Shown one piece after another: positions 61,829-64,000 of a DNA stretch of 64,000 bases. Both the position numbers and the translations under genes were made by a program. The stretch covers positions 40,904 through 104,903 of the forward strand of contig JAYUUO010000150.1 of NCBI GenBank assembly GCA_043754515.1. Direction: 5' to 3'. The notes under the pieces were generated by a model, which was given only the letters and a program-made list of their open reading frames with translations, searched no databases and was not told the origin of the DNA. Each line of letters starts with the position of its first letter. Position 1 is the first letter of the stretch. Origin of the DNA: Armatimonadota bacterium (lineage in GTDB: Bacteria; Armatimonadota; Armatimonadia; Armatimonadales; Armatimonadaceae).

Positions 61829-63073
61829 TTAGGGGGTCACGGTCTTCTTGTAGACGAACTCGTTGCCCTTGATCTGGAGCACGACCGCCGGTTTCGAGGC
61901 GTTGCGGTTCGCGTCAATCGTGATGTCGCCAGTCACGCCGGGGAAGGCTTTCGTCTGCGCCAGTGCGTCTTTCACCTTCGCGCGGTCGGTGCTCTTCGCC
62001 GTTGTGATGGCTTGCGCGATGATCTTCATGGCGTCGTAGCCGAGCGCGGCGAGGCCGGACGGCGGCTTTTTGTACTCGGCGGTGTACGCCTTGACGAACG
62101 CCTGGGTGCGCGGCGACTTGTCATCTTTCGAGTAGTGGTTCGAGAAGTAGGAGCCTTCCAGAGCCTTGCCGGGTCCGCCCGCGCCCTCGACCAGCTTCTC
62201 GGAGTCCCAGCCGTCGCCGCCCATCAGCGGCGCGACGATCCCCTGCTCGCGGGCCTGTCGCGCGATGGTCCCGACCTGAGTGTAGTAGCCGGGGACGTAT
62301 ATCGCGTCGGCTCCCTTCGCCTGCGCCAGTTGCGAGCGGAAGTCAGTGTCACCCGTCTTGTACGAGGCGTCGGCGATGATCTTGCCGCCCGCCTTCTCGA
62401 ACTCCGCCTTAAAAACGTCGGCGAGTCCCACCGAGTAGTCCGACGACTGCTCGCGCAGGATCGCAACGTTTTTCGCCTTCAGGTCATCCGACGCGAACTT
62501 TGCCATCACCTTGCCCTGGAACGGGTCAATGAAGCAGACGCGGAAGATATACGGGCCTTCCTGAGTCACCTTCTCGTTCGTCGAGGAAGGCGAGACCATC
62601 GGAATGCCGGCGCGCTCGAACACTGGGGCGGCGGCGATGGAGCGGGTGGATGCGACCTCGCCGATCACGGCGACGATCTTGCCGTCGGACGCGAACTTGG
62701 TGGCGACTGTTTTCGCCTCCTCGGGCTTAGACTGGTCGTCCTGGGTCTCGAGCTCGATCTGCTTGCCGAGCACGCCGCCTGCCGCGTTGATCTCCTTGAT
62801 CGCGAGCTTCACTCCCTGATCCGTCTCGCTACCGAACGTCGCCGTGTCGCCAGTCAGTGAGGCGAAGTGGCCGATCTTCACTGTGTCGCCGGACATATCC
62901 TGCGTCGCGGTCGCCGCCGTCGCGCCGCCACCGCCGGTGGTAGTCGTGCCGCCGGTGGACTGCGATGCGGTGGAATCGGACTTGCAACCGAAGCCACCGA
63001 CCAGCAGTGAACTGGCGGCGAGGGCGGGCAGAACGCCGCGCAAGAGAGTCAAACGGGAAAGTCGTGTACGCAC
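61829..63073 (-). CDS. Branched-chain amino acid ABC transporter substrate-binding lipoprotein (LivK/LivJ-like)
   Basis: Lipobox GFGC; INAAGGVLG, FRVCFIDPFQG, GDTDFRSQL, ALGYDA; SD GGAGG before GTG 63073, TATAAT at 63113-63118. Confidence 0.9.
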   Translation of the reverse strand: MRTRLSRLTLLRGVLPALAASSLLVGGFGCKSDSTASQSTGGTTTTGGGGATAATATQDMSGDTVKIGHFASLTGDTATFGSETDQGVKLAIKEINAAGGVLGKQIELETQDDQSKPEEAKTVATKFASDGKIVAVIGEVASTRSIAAAPVFERAGIPMVSPSSTNEKVTQEGPYIFRVCFIDPFQGKVMAKFASDDLKAKNVAILREQSSDYSVGLADVFKAEFEKAGGKIIADASYKTGDTDFRSQLAQAKGADAIYVPGYYTQVGTIARQAREQGIVAPLMGGDGWDSEKLVEGAGGPGKALEGSYFSNHYSKDDKSPRTQAFVKAYTAEYKKPPSGLAALGYDAMKIIAQAITTAKSTDRAKVKDALAQTKAFPGVTGDITIDANRNASKPAVVLQIKGNEFVYKKTVTP

Positions 63074-63345
63074 TGGATGAAAGCCTCCGTAAACCCGAGA
63101 GATGAATGGCGCATTATACGGCACGTTCGGCGATTTCGCGGGGGTTGTTTTTTCACGGGGTGGCGTGTGGTTTCGGAGGGCGAACTTCGGAGCGGGGACA
63201 CCCCGGCTATACGATACAACCACGGCATGAATGACGCTCAACTAACGCTCCCATCGCCGACCGTCATCGAGTTCGATGCGCGTCTAAACCCGATATAGTT
63301 CTCAAGACTGCGGAACCTGTCTTTATCTGTGACGTGGCTTACCAA

Positions 63346-64000
63346 CTCACCTTACGCAGTCAAGATGTGATGTGGGCGAGTACGCTGCTCGTGTTCATTC
63401 GGGAGAGACGCTCCAACGCCGCGGCCAGCGCGGCTTGGTACAACATTGCCTTCGCCGCGAAGTGATTCAGCCCGGTGCCGATCCGCGCTACTTCCATCTT
63501 CACGAACGCGACCAAGCTCGCGAAGAAATGGTTGCTCTGTGTCCGCACCTGCTTGGTCGGCGACTTGGCGAACGCCGCGTTGCTCGCGAAAACCTTCGGT
63601 TTCTCGGACTTGAGGGATTTATGGAACTCCTCAATCCGGCAGAAACCCGTTTCGCCTGTTTCCACCGTTTTTTGTATACGGCAAGCATTGCTGAAGCCTC
63701 TAATCGGTGTTCCCGCCGCGGGAACACCTGGGTAACGTCGCTCGTCACCAGATACAACACGCTCGCTTCTCCCCCGTGGTCGGTCACGACCGAGGCTACC
63801 AGGAGCAAGGGGAAAGGGACCTTATTCAGGTACATGGCGAGACCGCCGTGCCACCTTTACAAGCGGTTGGCAGAGGTAAATCACTGACCGACCCCGCGCA
63901 CCGCGGAGCGGTGACGGCGGACACGAAGCGCTTATTTTGTCTATCTACCCGCTCAAAGCCACACGGCGGCTCGCTTTGAGAGGGTCAGAGAAACCGCCTC
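63346..64000 (-). mobile_element. IS701-family transposase remnant (runs off window), frameshifted and carrying hairpin insertions
   Basis: PLKASRRVALS, VPFPLLL, LYLVTSD, YKKRW, EEFHKSLK, AKSPTKQVRTQSNHFFAS; putative end ACTGCGTAAGGTGAG at 63346-63360. Confidence 0.8.

Noticed and set aside
63952..63980. CTCAAAGC/GCTTTGAG inverted repeat as another hairpin insertion
   Set aside because: Encodes the native-looking transposase motif PLKASRRVALS, so probably not an insertion

Overview
High-GC bacterial chromosomal segment from a diderm. It is probably Armatimonadota, inferred from PEP-CTERM, prepilin/H-X9-DG (DUF1559-type) genes, Kdo and TonB systems; this was not verified by search. Content is mostly housekeeping and polysaccharide-use genes: GH43 x2, trmH-like, pyrE, kdsD/kdsC, a TonB-ExbBD-receptor locus, M32 peptidase, pyrG, comF, GH36, nfi, a sigma-70 factor, rnz, a P1B ATPase, pncB and livKHM. 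There are also two decayed IS elements (IS66, IS701). No rRNA, tRNA or CRISPR array was seen. Main highlights: (1) a photoactive yellow protein (PYP) homologue with Tyr42/Glu46/Cys69 intact, at the end of a three-gene operon with two uncharacterised coiled-coil proteins that share a repeat unit, a candidate new light-sensing module; (2) several 23-30 nt hairpin insertions inside both IS remnants, three with CAGG...CCG(G)A ends, suggesting a very small mobile palindromic element; (3) a pervasive leaderless-gene architecture (-10 box 6-8 nt before the start codon); (4) a PEP-CTERM/DUF4331/TPR/HupE-UreJ/pilin-like operon. Several +1 frameshifts in short G/C runs may be assembly errors. All family calls come from motif recognition by eye, not database searches.
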